DNA of 64,000 bases from Candidatus Micrarchaeia archaeon. GTDB lineage: Archaea > Micrarchaeota > Micrarchaeia > Burarchaeales > Fermentimicrarchaeaceae. The stretch is from assembly GCA_038871515.1 (NCBI GenBank), contig JAVZHX010000003.1:32001-96000 (forward strand), written 5' to 3'. Below are positions 47,048-55,970 of the stretch, one piece after another. The position numbers were made by a program, and so were the translations under genes. The notes beneath the pieces were generated by a model. It was not told the DNA's origin. It ran no database searches and saw only the letters and a program-made list of their open reading frames with translations. Within the stretch, counting starts at the first letter, position 1, and each line of letters opens with the position of its first letter.

Positions 47048-50045
47048 AATTTCTCACATTCTTCACTAACTTTTGATATAACTCATCCATCTCTTGGTAT
47101 GTGATTCCTCGGTTGATATACCTCCTCAAGAATAACCTGATTTTTCTCTCAACCTCTTTCCGTGCAGTTTGTTGTAGTAACCAACCCGGGAACATCTCCT
47201 TGTTCAAATCAGCTGAAAGCTTTCTTACATCTCCAATTAACTCCCCACTTCTCCCTAACTTCTCTTCCAAGGTTAGCAGAAATGAATACTCAAGATTGGA
47301 GAGATTTAACTCCCTCTGCCTTGCGGATAAGCTATTTATTTCATTAAGAATTTCCTTTCCTTCCTCATAGATTTTTTCTATATCCTTGTTTTTCTCTTTC
47401 CACAAGCGCAGTATTCTCTCAGCTTTTTCGCTGATGGACTCGTAAACAGGGTTCTTGTATTTGTCAACTAAAACGAATTTGTTTATGGTGAAAACCAGAT
47501 TAGCAGCTTTCTCTTCTCTTTCTTTAACTTTTTCTTCCAAATTATTTAGATAATTCTCATCAAATTCTATTATTGGTAAATCTCTCTTCAATTTCTCTAT
47601 TTCCGTTGATTTGTGTATGTATTTCACTGTCTTTCTAAAGTAATTTTCAAAGTATTTCGTTTCTTCCTGCGGTCGTGTTCTCAGCACGCTTATTGTATAA
47701 TATGTGTAAATTGCGCTTAACCACTGATAATCCTCTATATTCACTAATTTCTCCTCATCATAACCTAACAACTCAAACAACCTTCTGAGCTCCTTATACT
47801 TTTCAAGGAATTCTTTACCTATTTTTTCATTACTCGTGAGAATTTCAATTGCTCTAAGCAGCGTTTTTCTATCGTATACCGTCTTTGGCACCTCTTCAAA
47901 TATCTTCATTATATCTTTAATTGATTTTGTGAATTGACTTCTCAACTCATCAATGTTTGTGAGAACTTCTCCAATGTCCTCCTTGCTATAAATTTCAAAT
48001 GCTTTTTCAAATGCTTTTAGAGTGCCCACATAATCCACCACAAGCCCAGCTTCTTTTGCTTCCCCGTATGGTCTATTTGTCCTAGCAACTGCCTGAAGGA
48101 GTCTATGCTCTTTAAGAGGTTTATCAAGATACATTGTTTGCAGGTTTGGCGCATCAAAGCCAGTCAGAAGCATATCGGTGACTATTATTATCTTTGGGTG
48201 CTCCTCCTCCTTGAACTTCTCTATAATTTCTTTCCGTATCTCCTCAACCTCCCTTCCTCTGAACCTCTCCTCAAGCTCTTTTTTGTATTCAGCCACCTCA
48301 CCTTTATCATCAGCCTCAAACGTCATAACGACTTCTGAGTATTCTCTGGGGAGCAGACTATCCAGCATTTTCTTGTAGCGAACACATGCAAGTCTGCTTC
48401 CCGCCACAACCATCGCTTTAAACCTTCTATCAATATTCTCTTTAAAGTGCTTTGCAACATCCTCGCTGATTATCTTTATTCTTTCAGGATTCTCAAGCAC
48501 CAACTTTATTGAGTTCAACTGCTCCTTAATTTTCTTCTCTAGATTTTCCCTAAGCTCTTCGGGCAACTCCTCAAACTCAGAAGTTAAAAACGCTTCAAGC
48601 TTCTCCCTATCCAGATGCACCTTCTTCTCAAGCCTTGGCTGGTAAGCAATTTTTAAAGTGAATTTATCCCTTATAGAATCCGTGATGAAGTATTTATCCA
48701 AGTACCTCTCTCCATGAGGGCTGAATGCGTGGTACGTATCCCTATGCTTCTTTGCTATTGGCGTCCCCGTGAAAGCAAAGAAGAACGCATTCTTCAGGAT
48801 ACCTCTCATCCCAGTTGCAAGGGACGCATATTGACTTCTATGCGCCTCATCCACAAATGCGATAACATTCTTCCTTGTGAGTATGGATATCTGACTTTCA
48901 GATAATCTCATCAACTCCTCTCGCACTTCCTTCATCTCCTCTGGTCTGAATTTATGTATCAAAGTGATGAACAGCCCCCTCTTTCCTCTTCCCCCATCAT
49001 GCAGAATAACCTTCTTCAGCTGGTCTATGCTTGCAACTAACTCAGGAGTAGTTATATCCAACGCAAGAAGCTCTCCGTTAAGCTGCTCCTGCAGCTCAAC
49101 TCTATCAATTATGAAGAAGATTGTTGGGTTTTGTAACCGCACATCACAGAATAATTTATTTGCTGCAAATATCATAGTAAGCGTCTTTCCAGAACCCTGC
49201 CAGTGCCATATCAGTCCACTATTTTTTGTTTCCTTACCCTCCAGATTATTTAAAACTCTTTCAACTATTTTATTGGCTGCTCTGTATTGCATATACCTGG
49301 GCAAAACCTTTGTGGAGCTTCCAAACTCAACTCTGAAAAATAAGAAATTCTTTATAACATCCATCAGAATTGCTGGGGTGAGCATTTCCACAATGGAATC
49401 TATTGAATCCTTGCCCTCTTCTTTCCACTCATAAACCTTTACATCCTCCTGCCATGGAACAATTGGGAAGTATTTGGCTATCTGCTCAGCTGCAACCCCA
49501 ATCTGCACGTATTTGTAAAGCTCTGGAGCATATTGTTCATATTCTTTAATTTGTTTATACGCATCATACCAGTTTTGGGAAAAACTCACTGGGCTTTTGC
49601 ATTCAATCTCTACAAGTGGAATTCCATTAACGTAAAGCATTATATCTGTCCTTATGCGCTTGCTTCCCTGGTATTCCACCTGTCTGCTTATGATAAATTC
49701 ATTATTCATCAACTTTTCATAATCAAAAAGTTTAACATACCTCACAACTCTGTCTTTTTCAAATTTCACAGGCACTCCATTCTTAAAGAAGTTTAGAATT
49801 TGCCTGCTGCCTTCCTGTCCTGACGGTTTTAATTTCAATTCATTTAATACGTGCTTTATTTCCTCCCCCCCTAACCCCATATGTGAATTCAATTTCTTTA
49901 ATGCGTTAGTAAGGTTGGAAATCAGCAACACTTCTTCGTAACTTTCTCTCTTCAGCTCCTCAGAGCTAACCAACTGCCATCCTTTTTCTTGAAGTTTTTC
50001 AACAATATAATCCTCAACAACCGATTTTTCAGTGAAAGATTTCAT
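47031..50045 (-). CDS. hsdR: Type I restriction enzyme R subunit
   Basis: DIMLYVNGIPLVEIECK, HWQGSGKT, DEAHRSQY, FTGTP, LLTGFDAP, QAVARTNR. Confidence 0.96.
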   Translation of the reverse strand: MKSFTEKSVVEDYIVEKLQEKGWQLVSSEELKRESYEEVLLISNLTNALKKLNSHMGLGGEEIKHVLNELKLKPSGQEGSRQILNFFKNGVPVKFEKDRVVRYVKLFDYEKLMNNEFIISRQVEYQGSKRIRTDIMLYVNGIPLVEIECKSPVSFSQNWYDAYKQIKEYEQYAPELYKYVQIGVAAEQIAKYFPIVPWQEDVKVYEWKEEGKDSIDSIVEMLTPAILMDVIKNFLFFRVEFGSSTKVLPRYMQYRAANKIVERVLNNLEGKETKNSGLIWHWQGSGKTLTMIFAANKLFCDVRLQNPTIFFIIDRVELQEQLNGELLALDITTPELVASIDQLKKVILHDGGRGKRGLFITLIHKFRPEEMKEVREELMRLSESQISILTRKNVIAFVDEAHRSQYASLATGMRGILKNAFFFAFTGTPIAKKHRDTYHAFSPHGERYLDKYFITDSIRDKFTLKIAYQPRLEKKVHLDREKLEAFLTSEFEELPEELRENLEKKIKEQLNSIKLVLENPERIKIISEDVAKHFKENIDRRFKAMVVAGSRLACVRYKKMLDSLLPREYSEVVMTFEADDKGEVAEYKKELEERFRGREVEEIRKEIIEKFKEEEHPKIIIVTDMLLTGFDAPNLQTMYLDKPLKEHRLLQAVARTNRPYGEAKEAGLVVDYVGTLKAFEKAFEIYSKEDIGEVLTNIDELRSQFTKSIKDIMKIFEEVPKTVYDRKTLLRAIEILTSNEKIGKEFLEKYKELRRLFELLGYDEEKLVNIEDYQWLSAIYTYYTISVLRTRPQEETKYFENYFRKTVKYIHKSTEIEKLKRDLPIIEFDENYLNNLEEKVKEREEKAANLVFTINKFVLVDKYKNPVYESISEKAERILRLWKEKNKDIEKIYEEGKEILNEINSLSARQRELNLSNLEYSFLLTLEEKLGRSGELIGDVRKLSADLNKEMFPGWLLQQTARKEVERKIRLFLRRYINRGITYQEMDELYQKLVKNVRNYGTAS

Positions 50046-50050
50046 TTAAA

Positions 50051-50593
50051 TCAACCTTTTGGAATTTTCTTTTCAATAAATTTTTTAAAGAAAGGTTTTA
50101 TCTTACTATACATCAACTCAAAAATCTTCTTTTTGATGTCAAATTTGAATATATTAACTGCAAGAAAATCACCAAATATAGCCAAAGTTAGAAAAATGTT
50201 GAGGAATAAGGAGATATTAAAGAAAAGAATAAGTTGGTTATAAACAGAGATAAACTTATTGTTTACAAGGTCTATCTTTTGGTTGATATAATTAATCTCC
50301 ATTTGAGTGATATTAAATGAATTTTTAATATCTTCTACATCCTTTTTTGTTATATTCTCTTTTATTAGTCTATCGTAATCCAGACTTAAATTCTGCAGTT
50401 TAGTTTCAGCTTGATTGAGTCGATTCTCCAGATCGGCTATTTCTGCATCTTTCTGCTGAATAGCCAGTAAATATGGTTTAATTTGCTGTTCACAAGACAG
50501 ATTACTTAAGCTGTTTATGATAGCCGATAGAATAGACATAGAGATTAACAGTACAATAATGCAGATAATGGCTTCTATATAATCTGTCATCAA
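50051..50593 (-). CDS. TM-coiled coil-TM hypothetical protein inserted in the hsd operon
   Basis: Hydrophobic helices at both ends of a coiled coil; AT-rich; start overlaps the hsdS stop. Confidence 0.7.
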   Translation of the reverse strand: MMTDYIEAIICIIVLLISMSILSAIINSLSNLSCEQQIKPYLLAIQQKDAEIADLENRLNQAETKLQNLSLDYDRLIKENITKKDVEDIKNSFNITQMEINYINQKIDLVNNKFISVYNQLILFFNISLFLNIFLTLAIFGDFLAVNIFKFDIKKKIFELMYSKIKPFFKKFIEKKIPKG

Positions 50594-51822
50594 ATCACCT
50601 TCACTCTCTTTCTTCCAGTAAGCAAATCATTCATCAAACCTTTCTTAATTCTTTCAAGTTTTTCTTTTCTTTTTCTTTCAAGCTCTAATTTTTCGTCCAC
50701 ACTGCTGAGCATCTCGACGATTTTTTGCTGTTCAGATAATGAGGGGAGAGACATTTTTAATGAATGCACTAACTCTCTCTTTAATCCAGGCACTACATCA
50801 GCTAAATGGAATTTCGCAGGGTTTAAGTAGGTTAATTTATAAAATAACCACCTCAAAAAGATGTTGGATATCTTAGGTTTCACGTAATAAGTTGTGTCTA
50901 TCGGCCAAAAATCTTGATCTATCCACGAAACTGCCCCAATAGTTCCTTTCCTTCCTACAACTATCCCCGGACCCTTTACTAATGCTTTATTATGATAACC
51001 AACAATGCCGTTAGAGCCAACAACAGGATAGTCTCCTGAAATTCTCTCTCTTTCAGGTAAACCCTTTCCATACTCTAACGATAGGATATTACCGACTTTT
51101 ACAACTTCCCAATCCTTTGGAATCCTTCCAATCTCAGTATCCTTAAACTCCTTATGCCCTATTCCTTTTGTCAAAAGCTCCTGCATCAAGCCCTTCTTCA
51201 ATCTCTCAGTTTTTTCTATAATCTCATCAACTTTTTGAATTGCATCATCTACTGTTGAGAGAATTTCTGCGATTTTTTGTTGTTCAAGAAGTGGGGGCAG
51301 TGATATGGAAAAATTACCAACTACGCCATGATTCAGATGTAATACATTAGTTCCTTGAGCTGAGGCTTTCATTTTCTGACGTATAGGGTTATATGTTAGG
51401 CAATAAAACAAGAACTCACTATCAATTTTAGATTTATCAAAAATTAGCTTGGTCAAATCCATTGAGTAAACACACTTTTCAGCCATATTTTTAATTAAGA
51501 TAGGAGCACCAATTATGAAACCCTTAGCCATATCGGTATTAGCAATAAGCACATCACCGTTCTCAACAAAAAATTCAGAACTCACCTGTTCATCTTTACT
51601 AAGATAGATTTTTTTAGCAATCCTCTTTAGTCCGCCTTCTTTCTCCACATCGTTAATAGTAATAAATCTAAATTGAGTCATATTACTACTGAGCTGATCA
51701 CTACGGTATGAGAAACCTCTTCTGAACTCGCATATGGTTGCGAATCTCCTAATTTCCCACTCCTTTGGAATTTTGCCAATAGGAGTTTGTTTATGCCCTA
51801 TATGAAGTTTTTCATTGCTCAT
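50590..51822 (-). CDS. hsdS: Type I restriction enzyme S subunit
   Basis: Two TRDs with IG[KR]IPK[ED]W and P.L.EQQKI repeats; KKGLMQELLT / KKGLMNDLLTG. Confidence 0.95.
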   Translation of the reverse strand: MSNEKLHIGHKQTPIGKIPKEWEIRRFATICEFRRGFSYRSDQLSSNMTQFRFITINDVEKEGGLKRIAKKIYLSKDEQVSSEFFVENGDVLIANTDMAKGFIIGAPILIKNMAEKCVYSMDLTKLIFDKSKIDSEFLFYCLTYNPIRQKMKASAQGTNVLHLNHGVVGNFSISLPPLLEQQKIAEILSTVDDAIQKVDEIIEKTERLKKGLMQELLTKGIGHKEFKDTEIGRIPKDWEVVKVGNILSLEYGKGLPERERISGDYPVVGSNGIVGYHNKALVKGPGIVVGRKGTIGAVSWIDQDFWPIDTTYYVKPKISNIFLRWLFYKLTYLNPAKFHLADVVPGLKRELVHSLKMSLPSLSEQQKIVEMLSSVDEKLELERKRKEKLERIKKGLMNDLLTGRKRVKVI

Positions 51823-52843
51823 TATAACCACTAATTTTATCGATAAGTTCCTTACGAGAAGAATCATTTATCTTCAGATTAACTAAATTCATAGTATTAC
51901 CGATGGGAAGCACTAAATCAATCTGTTTAAAAATCGTACTAAGACGATTTTGTTTTTTTGCGAATTTTACATATGCTTGTATGAAATGTTTTGGTAAAGA
52001 AAATTGTCCGAATCTAATATTCTTAATAGATTTTATTATCAGATTTGTATCATTTTCTAATTCGAGTTTAATTTCTTTATGTTTTTTAGGAACTCTCTTA
52101 TTTGTTGTTAAAATGTGAATCGGAAAATTTTTATCGAGAACTCCAATATACGAATTGACTCTCAAGAGATATGAATTTATTTTGTCAACTACTTTATCAT
52201 AATTCTGTCTCTTAACTTCCATTCTTAAATTTTTAAATTGTTCAACTTCTTTAAAAATTTTGAAATCGGTATCTACTAATTTTGAAAATTTAATTTGCTT
52301 TAATTGTTGATTTACTAATTTGCTGATTCTTTTCATTATTGCAGAATTTTCATATGAAAAATAACTGATACCATGGGCGAACATAAGCTCTTCTGCACTT
52401 TTTACAAAACCTTTCATAGAAAAAAATACGGGGCGGTAGGTCACTCGTGGTTGTAAAATATCGGTATATCTTATTTCCTGTGGAGTTTTCGTATTAACTC
52501 GGTTGAATTGTACGATATCGATGTATTTCCCTAGAAAATCACGAACTTCTTCAATTCTAACTTTTCGATTAAAATTTTTAGCTTCGGCTACAAGGAAAAT
52601 TGGGTTTACAAATGGAATTCCTAATTTAAATACTCCCATAACATCTATCTGATGTCGAGCTCCTCTTCCATGCAACCCTGTTTTTTTGATATTATACTGC
52701 TGAAAATAATCCATTTCACAAAAACCAGCTTTTTTAGTAAGCTCTTTGATGATAGATTCGAATATTAAACCTTTTACATATGCCTCGTTTTTAGCATATC
52801 TTTTGAGGACCGCCCCTCTACGTTTTTTTCTTTTGTATTTCAT
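51812..52843 (-). CDS. Mrr-like PD-(D/E)XK restriction endonuclease inserted between hsdM and hsdS
   Basis: FE, GRGARHQIDV, AEAKNF..KV.IEEVRDF, GF..SA; strongly AT-rich. Confidence 0.75.
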   Translation of the reverse strand: MKYKRKKRRGAVLKRYAKNEAYVKGLIFESIIKELTKKAGFCEMDYFQQYNIKKTGLHGRGARHQIDVMGVFKLGIPFVNPIFLVAEAKNFNRKVRIEEVRDFLGKYIDIVQFNRVNTKTPQEIRYTDILQPRVTYRPVFFSMKGFVKSAEELMFAHGISYFSYENSAIMKRISKLVNQQLKQIKFSKLVDTDFKIFKEVEQFKNLRMEVKRQNYDKVVDKINSYLLRVNSYIGVLDKNFPIHILTTNKRVPKKHKEIKLELENDTNLIIKSIKNIRFGQFSLPKHFIQAYVKFAKKQNRLSTIFKQIDLVLPIGNTMNLVNLKINDSSRKELIDKISGYNEQ

Positions 52844-54591
52844 ATCAAACCTCTCAGATATTCATGAATTTTTTCTTCAAGTTTATTAATTTCGATATCA
52901 ATTCTGTGAAGCTCTTCCCATTCTTTATTAATATCTATCTTTTCCTCTTCCTCCTCACGAAAAACATAAAGCGTGACATTCAAATTGTAATCATTTTCTT
53001 TTATTTCCTCTAAGGAAAAAATTTTTGAAAAACCAGAAATTTCCTTAAACTCTTTATAAGCATTGGAGATTTTTTCTATATTCTTATCTGCCAATTTATT
53101 CAATCTTCTAACTTCTGGATGCTGCTCATATTCACCGCTAGCATTGATGATTAGAATCTTTCCCTTTCTCTCACTTGGTTTGTTTTTATTGAGTATCATT
53201 ATAGCTCCTGGAGCCCCTGTATTGTAGAATAACTTCTCAGGTAAAAGAATAACGCATTCTATTAAATCCCTATCCAGAATACTTGCTCTTATAGCTCTCT
53301 CTTTTCCTCCTCGGAATAAGCAACCATTATCAATTACAATCCCAACTCTTCCAGTATCATCTTTTGCTGATGCGAGCATGTGCTGAACCCAAGCCCAATC
53401 TGCAGACTGTCTTGGAGTGAACCCATAGATAAAACGTTTTTTCCAGAATTCCCCTTTTTTCAAGTTACTTTCATCATATCCGTCCTGGTTCCAAGGCGGA
53501 TTTGCTATAACTACATCAAATCTTTTGTATTCCTCTCCTTCCTTGAATTTTGGGTATAAGAGCGTATCACCAAAAGCAAGCTGCGAATCTCGGATATCAT
53601 GAATATACATGTTCATTTTTGCTAATGCGATGGTTTTTTGATTGACTTCCTGACCATAGAGGAAAAGCTTTCTAGCTCCTTCCTTTCCATACTTTTCCTC
53701 AACGTGCTTGTATGATGTAATTAACATGCCACCAGAGCCACATGCCGGATCGTAAACGGATTCTTGCGGTTTTGGCTCTAGCATCTCAACCAGCAGTTTT
53801 ATTACCTCTCTTGGAGTGTAGATTTCACCTTCTTTTGCTTTAGTGGGCGCAAAATACCCCAAAACCCATTCGTACCCATCCCCCAGAATATCTGGGGAAG
53901 CATGACTCAGTTTTTTCTTACTGAATAACTCGACAAGCTGTCTCAACACCTCGGCATTTTCGGTACTGGAGGTGAATTGAATAAAATCAACGTTATCAAA
54001 CACGTCTTTCAATTCGGGGTTTTTTTCAGCAATAGTTTTCAATGCTCTTGAGAACTTCTCAGGGAGAACCCCAACTTCTTTTCTTATATTATCCCAAAGA
54101 AATTCCTCTGGCAAATCAAACTCATGAAACGTTGAACTTTTTGCTTCCTTTTTTGCTTCCTCCTCACTTAATCCATCCTTCAAAGCATCCTCATATGCTT
54201 TCTTATACTCCTCCTCCCACCTATCACTTATTCTTTTCATAAAAAGAAGCACAAGAAGAAAGGTGTAATCTACTCTTGTTCGTATTATATCCGCACCTTT
54301 TTTCAACAAGCTTATCAGCTCATCTCTGGTTAGAGTTTGGCTTGACGGCTCTGATTCCTCAGCTTTCAGCTTATATATGCTTCTCCTCGCATCTGCTGGA
54401 TCAGCTTTGATTTCTAAAAAACCTGCTTTTCTCAACTCTGAAAGAAAAACAGGTACATCTGCCCTTTTATCTTTATTTTTCATCTCAAGCACGTGGGCAG
54501 CATCCTCAAGTCTGAATTCAGAATCCTTGAAAGCCTCCCAAAGAATGGAATAACGATTTTTGAGCCATCTTGGTAATTCGGAGTTTATCAT
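52840..54591 (-). CDS. hsdM: Type I R-M methyltransferase subunit with extra N-terminal winged-helix domain
   Basis: GEIYTPREV, YDPACGSGG, ANPPWN, LFYNTG. Confidence 0.96.
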   Translation of the reverse strand: MINSELPRWLKNRYSILWEAFKDSEFRLEDAAHVLEMKNKDKRADVPVFLSELRKAGFLEIKADPADARRSIYKLKAEESEPSSQTLTRDELISLLKKGADIIRTRVDYTFLLVLLFMKRISDRWEEEYKKAYEDALKDGLSEEEAKKEAKSSTFHEFDLPEEFLWDNIRKEVGVLPEKFSRALKTIAEKNPELKDVFDNVDFIQFTSSTENAEVLRQLVELFSKKKLSHASPDILGDGYEWVLGYFAPTKAKEGEIYTPREVIKLLVEMLEPKPQESVYDPACGSGGMLITSYKHVEEKYGKEGARKLFLYGQEVNQKTIALAKMNMYIHDIRDSQLAFGDTLLYPKFKEGEEYKRFDVVIANPPWNQDGYDESNLKKGEFWKKRFIYGFTPRQSADWAWVQHMLASAKDDTGRVGIVIDNGCLFRGGKERAIRASILDRDLIECVILLPEKLFYNTGAPGAIMILNKNKPSERKGKILIINASGEYEQHPEVRRLNKLADKNIEKISNAYKEFKEISGFSKIFSLEEIKENDYNLNVTLYVFREEEEEKIDINKEWEELHRIDIEINKLEEKIHEYLRGLI

Positions 54592-54666
54592 AAAATTACA
54601 CCCCCCTTAGGTTATCCATCTTGGTAATTCGGAGTTTATCATAAAATTACACCCCCCTTAGGTTAT
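54565..54666. repeat. Perfect 51-bp tandem duplication spanning the hsdM SD and start
   Basis: 54565-54615 is identical to 54616-54666. Confidence 0.95.
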
Positions 54667-54753
54667 ATCACTTTCTAGTATATAAGCTTTTTGTTTATTA
54701 TATAAGTAAAATGTTTATTACTTATTGAATAAATACGAATTGAGGCATCCAAC

Positions 54754-55356
54754 TTACAAATTATGAACCACTCTTAACTTTCCACTAATCCACAAATCCG
54801 CCGGCGTCACTATCCCAACAATCCTCCCTCCCTCAGTCACAACCACCGCAGGATGCTCATACAGAAGCATCTTGCAGGTGCTCCTTGAAGCATTCACAGA
54901 AAGAGTGGGAAAGGGCTCTCCATACCTCACCTCCCTTATCCTCTTCTCCTTCGGCTCATCCATCAAATCTTTCATTGTTAAACTTCCAACCATTCTCTCC
55001 CCATCCCACACCACCAGCTGGGAATACTCCCCCTTCCCATCCCCAACCACCATTCTCCTTCTCGCCGTCCCCACAGTATCATCAAGCTGCACCCCAACTG
55101 GATGACACCTCTTCATAAACTTCTCAACTCTCTCCTCCTTCTCAAGGCTCTCAAGCACCTCAAGTATTTTCTGAAGCTGCTTATAAGAAGGCTCCATTCT
55201 CCCGCTCTCTATTTTTGACATCGTCCCCCTCTGCACCCCAACAAGCTCAGCGAGCTTTCTCTGTTTTATCCCAAGCGCCTCCCTCTTGCACCTTATGCGC
55301 TCCCTCAGATACTCAATTGGAGGCAGAGTTTCGTAATGCACAAGTTTCTGCTTCAT
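54754..55356 (-). CDS. XRE-family HTH regulator with CBS domain pair
   Basis: REALGIKQRKLAELVGVQRGTMSKIESG..EPS; C-terminal IVGIVTPADL. Confidence 0.9.
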   Translation of the reverse strand: MKQKLVHYETLPPIEYLRERIRCKREALGIKQRKLAELVGVQRGTMSKIESGRMEPSYKQLQKILEVLESLEKEERVEKFMKRCHPVGVQLDDTVGTARRRMVVGDGKGEYSQLVVWDGERMVGSLTMKDLMDEPKEKRIREVRYGEPFPTLSVNASRSTCKMLLYEHPAVVVTEGGRIVGIVTPADLWISGKLRVVHNL

Positions 55357-55470
55357 TCTCCCACCAACTATATTATGTTAATGGGGGTTTATAAATGTTT
55401 CCTATAAAGAAACTTTTTTCACATTTTATTATTTATAAAGAAACTTAAATAATACTTATCAGGTGATTTA

Positions 55471-55644
55471 ATGAAAATATCCGTAATGGGTTTGGAAAGA
55501 GAGGAGCTTGAGGGAATTATTGAAAAGCTCAGCAGGCTTCCCCAGCTCGGCGGAGTAAAGTTTGTTGAGGTGAAGCCACTTGGAGATGGATTCAACGGAG
55601 GAAAGGTTTGGGGCTTCATTGTGACAGAGAGGGTGGTTGCTTGA
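55471..55644 (+). CDS. Small hypothetical protein (57 aa, below the ORF-track cutoff)
   Basis: AGGTGA SD; MKISVMGLEREELEGIIEKLSRLPQLGGVKFVEVKPLGDGFNGGKVWGFIVTERVVA. Confidence 0.7.
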   Translation: MKISVMGLEREELEGIIEKLSRLPQLGGVKFVEVKPLGDGFNGGKVWGFIVTERVVA

Positions 55645-55823
55645 GCGCTAAAAGAAGGAAACAGATAAGGGAGAGATGCGGGGGAGCAATAACAATAGCA
55701 ACAGAAGGAGCTGTTATACAGGTTGCTTCTGACAGCCTAGAGGATTCAGAGAGGATTGCAATGACCCTGATGAACCACCTGAAGCAGGGAAAGCAGGCAA
55801 GCCATTCCACAGACCATATCTAG
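55641..55823 (+). CDS. Small hypothetical protein
   Basis: GGTGG SD; TTG start overlapping the upstream stop (TTGA). Confidence 0.55.
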   Translation: MSAKRRKQIRERCGGAITIATEGAVIQVASDSLEDSERIAMTLMNHLKQGKQASHSTDHI

Positions 55824-55842
55824 GAGCAGGTATGAATTTAGA

Positions 55843-55930
55843 TGGACCGGGCGGGATTCGAACCCGCAGCCTTTGCCTTTTCCGCAAGGAGTGACGCGAA
55901 GGCAACGATCTACCATTGATCTACCGGCCC
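55843..55930 (-). tRNA. tRNA-Ala(CGC) with a 16-nt intron at 37/38
   Basis: GGGCCGG/CCGGTCC acceptor with G3:U70; anticodon CGC; intron 55879-55894 forms a bulge-helix-bulge; TTCGAAT T-loop; CCA not encoded. Confidence 0.95.
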
Positions 55931-55970
55931 GTGAGGTGATATTGGGGGGAAATTTGTTAATAATAGTTGT

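Noticed and set aside
51105..51780. Repeats within hsdS as shufflon or inversion sites
   Set aside because: They are the normal direct conserved regions of HsdS; no inverted copy, spare TRD or recombinase is seen.
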